From the NCBI GenBank assembly GCA_964016885.1, contig OZ024745.1, forward strand, positions 115,072,001-115,136,000: DNA of 64,000 nt. The letters run 5' to 3'. The stretch is from Eledone cirrhosa (Eukaryota). A program made the position numbers and the translations under genes. The notes below the pieces were generated by a model, which did not search any database, was not told the DNA's origin, and saw only the letters and a list, made by a program, of their open reading frames with translations. Shown here one piece after another: positions 63,854 to 64,000 of this stretch. Positions within the stretch are counted from its first letter, which is position 1, and each line of letters opens with the position of its first letter.

Positions 63854-64000
63854 TACAGTAGCACTGCTCCTCACAAACCTTCTAGATTGCTCTCCAACTC
63901 AATTCTGCCTATTAAATTGATAGAAACTATAAATTGCTATCACCATTTGACAAATGCCCTTGTTTTCTTACTATAACAGCTTCAGTTACTCTGAATTGTC

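Noticed and set aside
63561-63864. Poly-Asp, poly-His and poly-Met ORFs
   Set aside because: Frames of an imperfect (GAT)n repeat; no splice or domain evidence.

Overview
AT-rich eukaryotic DNA saturated with (TA)n, (CA)n and (CAT)n microsatellites. The repeat inventory looks like an octopod cephalopod genome (inference), and the window is probably intronic or intergenic. Nearly all listed ORFs are microsatellite or repeat artefacts. Supported content: several RTE-clade LINE families (one young 5'-truncated copy with an open 374-aa RT/thumb ORF carrying a PHD-type Zn finger), two abundant tRNA-headed SINE families, a Penelope-like (GIY-YIG) remnant, mariner/Tc1 and TTAA-type MITEs, a non-autonomous Helitron, and one candidate first coding exon (243-267). 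The most striking signal is at least six unrelated families of short elements, mostly embedded in (TA)n. They share one architecture: a fold-back (inverted) arm ending at a family-fixed position, a type I hammerhead ribozyme (including U3-A8 and CAGAAGA core variants), and a 35-90 nt tail. In most families the tail starts with a conserved RCTC...GAGY hairpin. They are most likely Penelope-like element termini with a shared cis-acting code. All structures were read by eye; no searches or folding programs were run.
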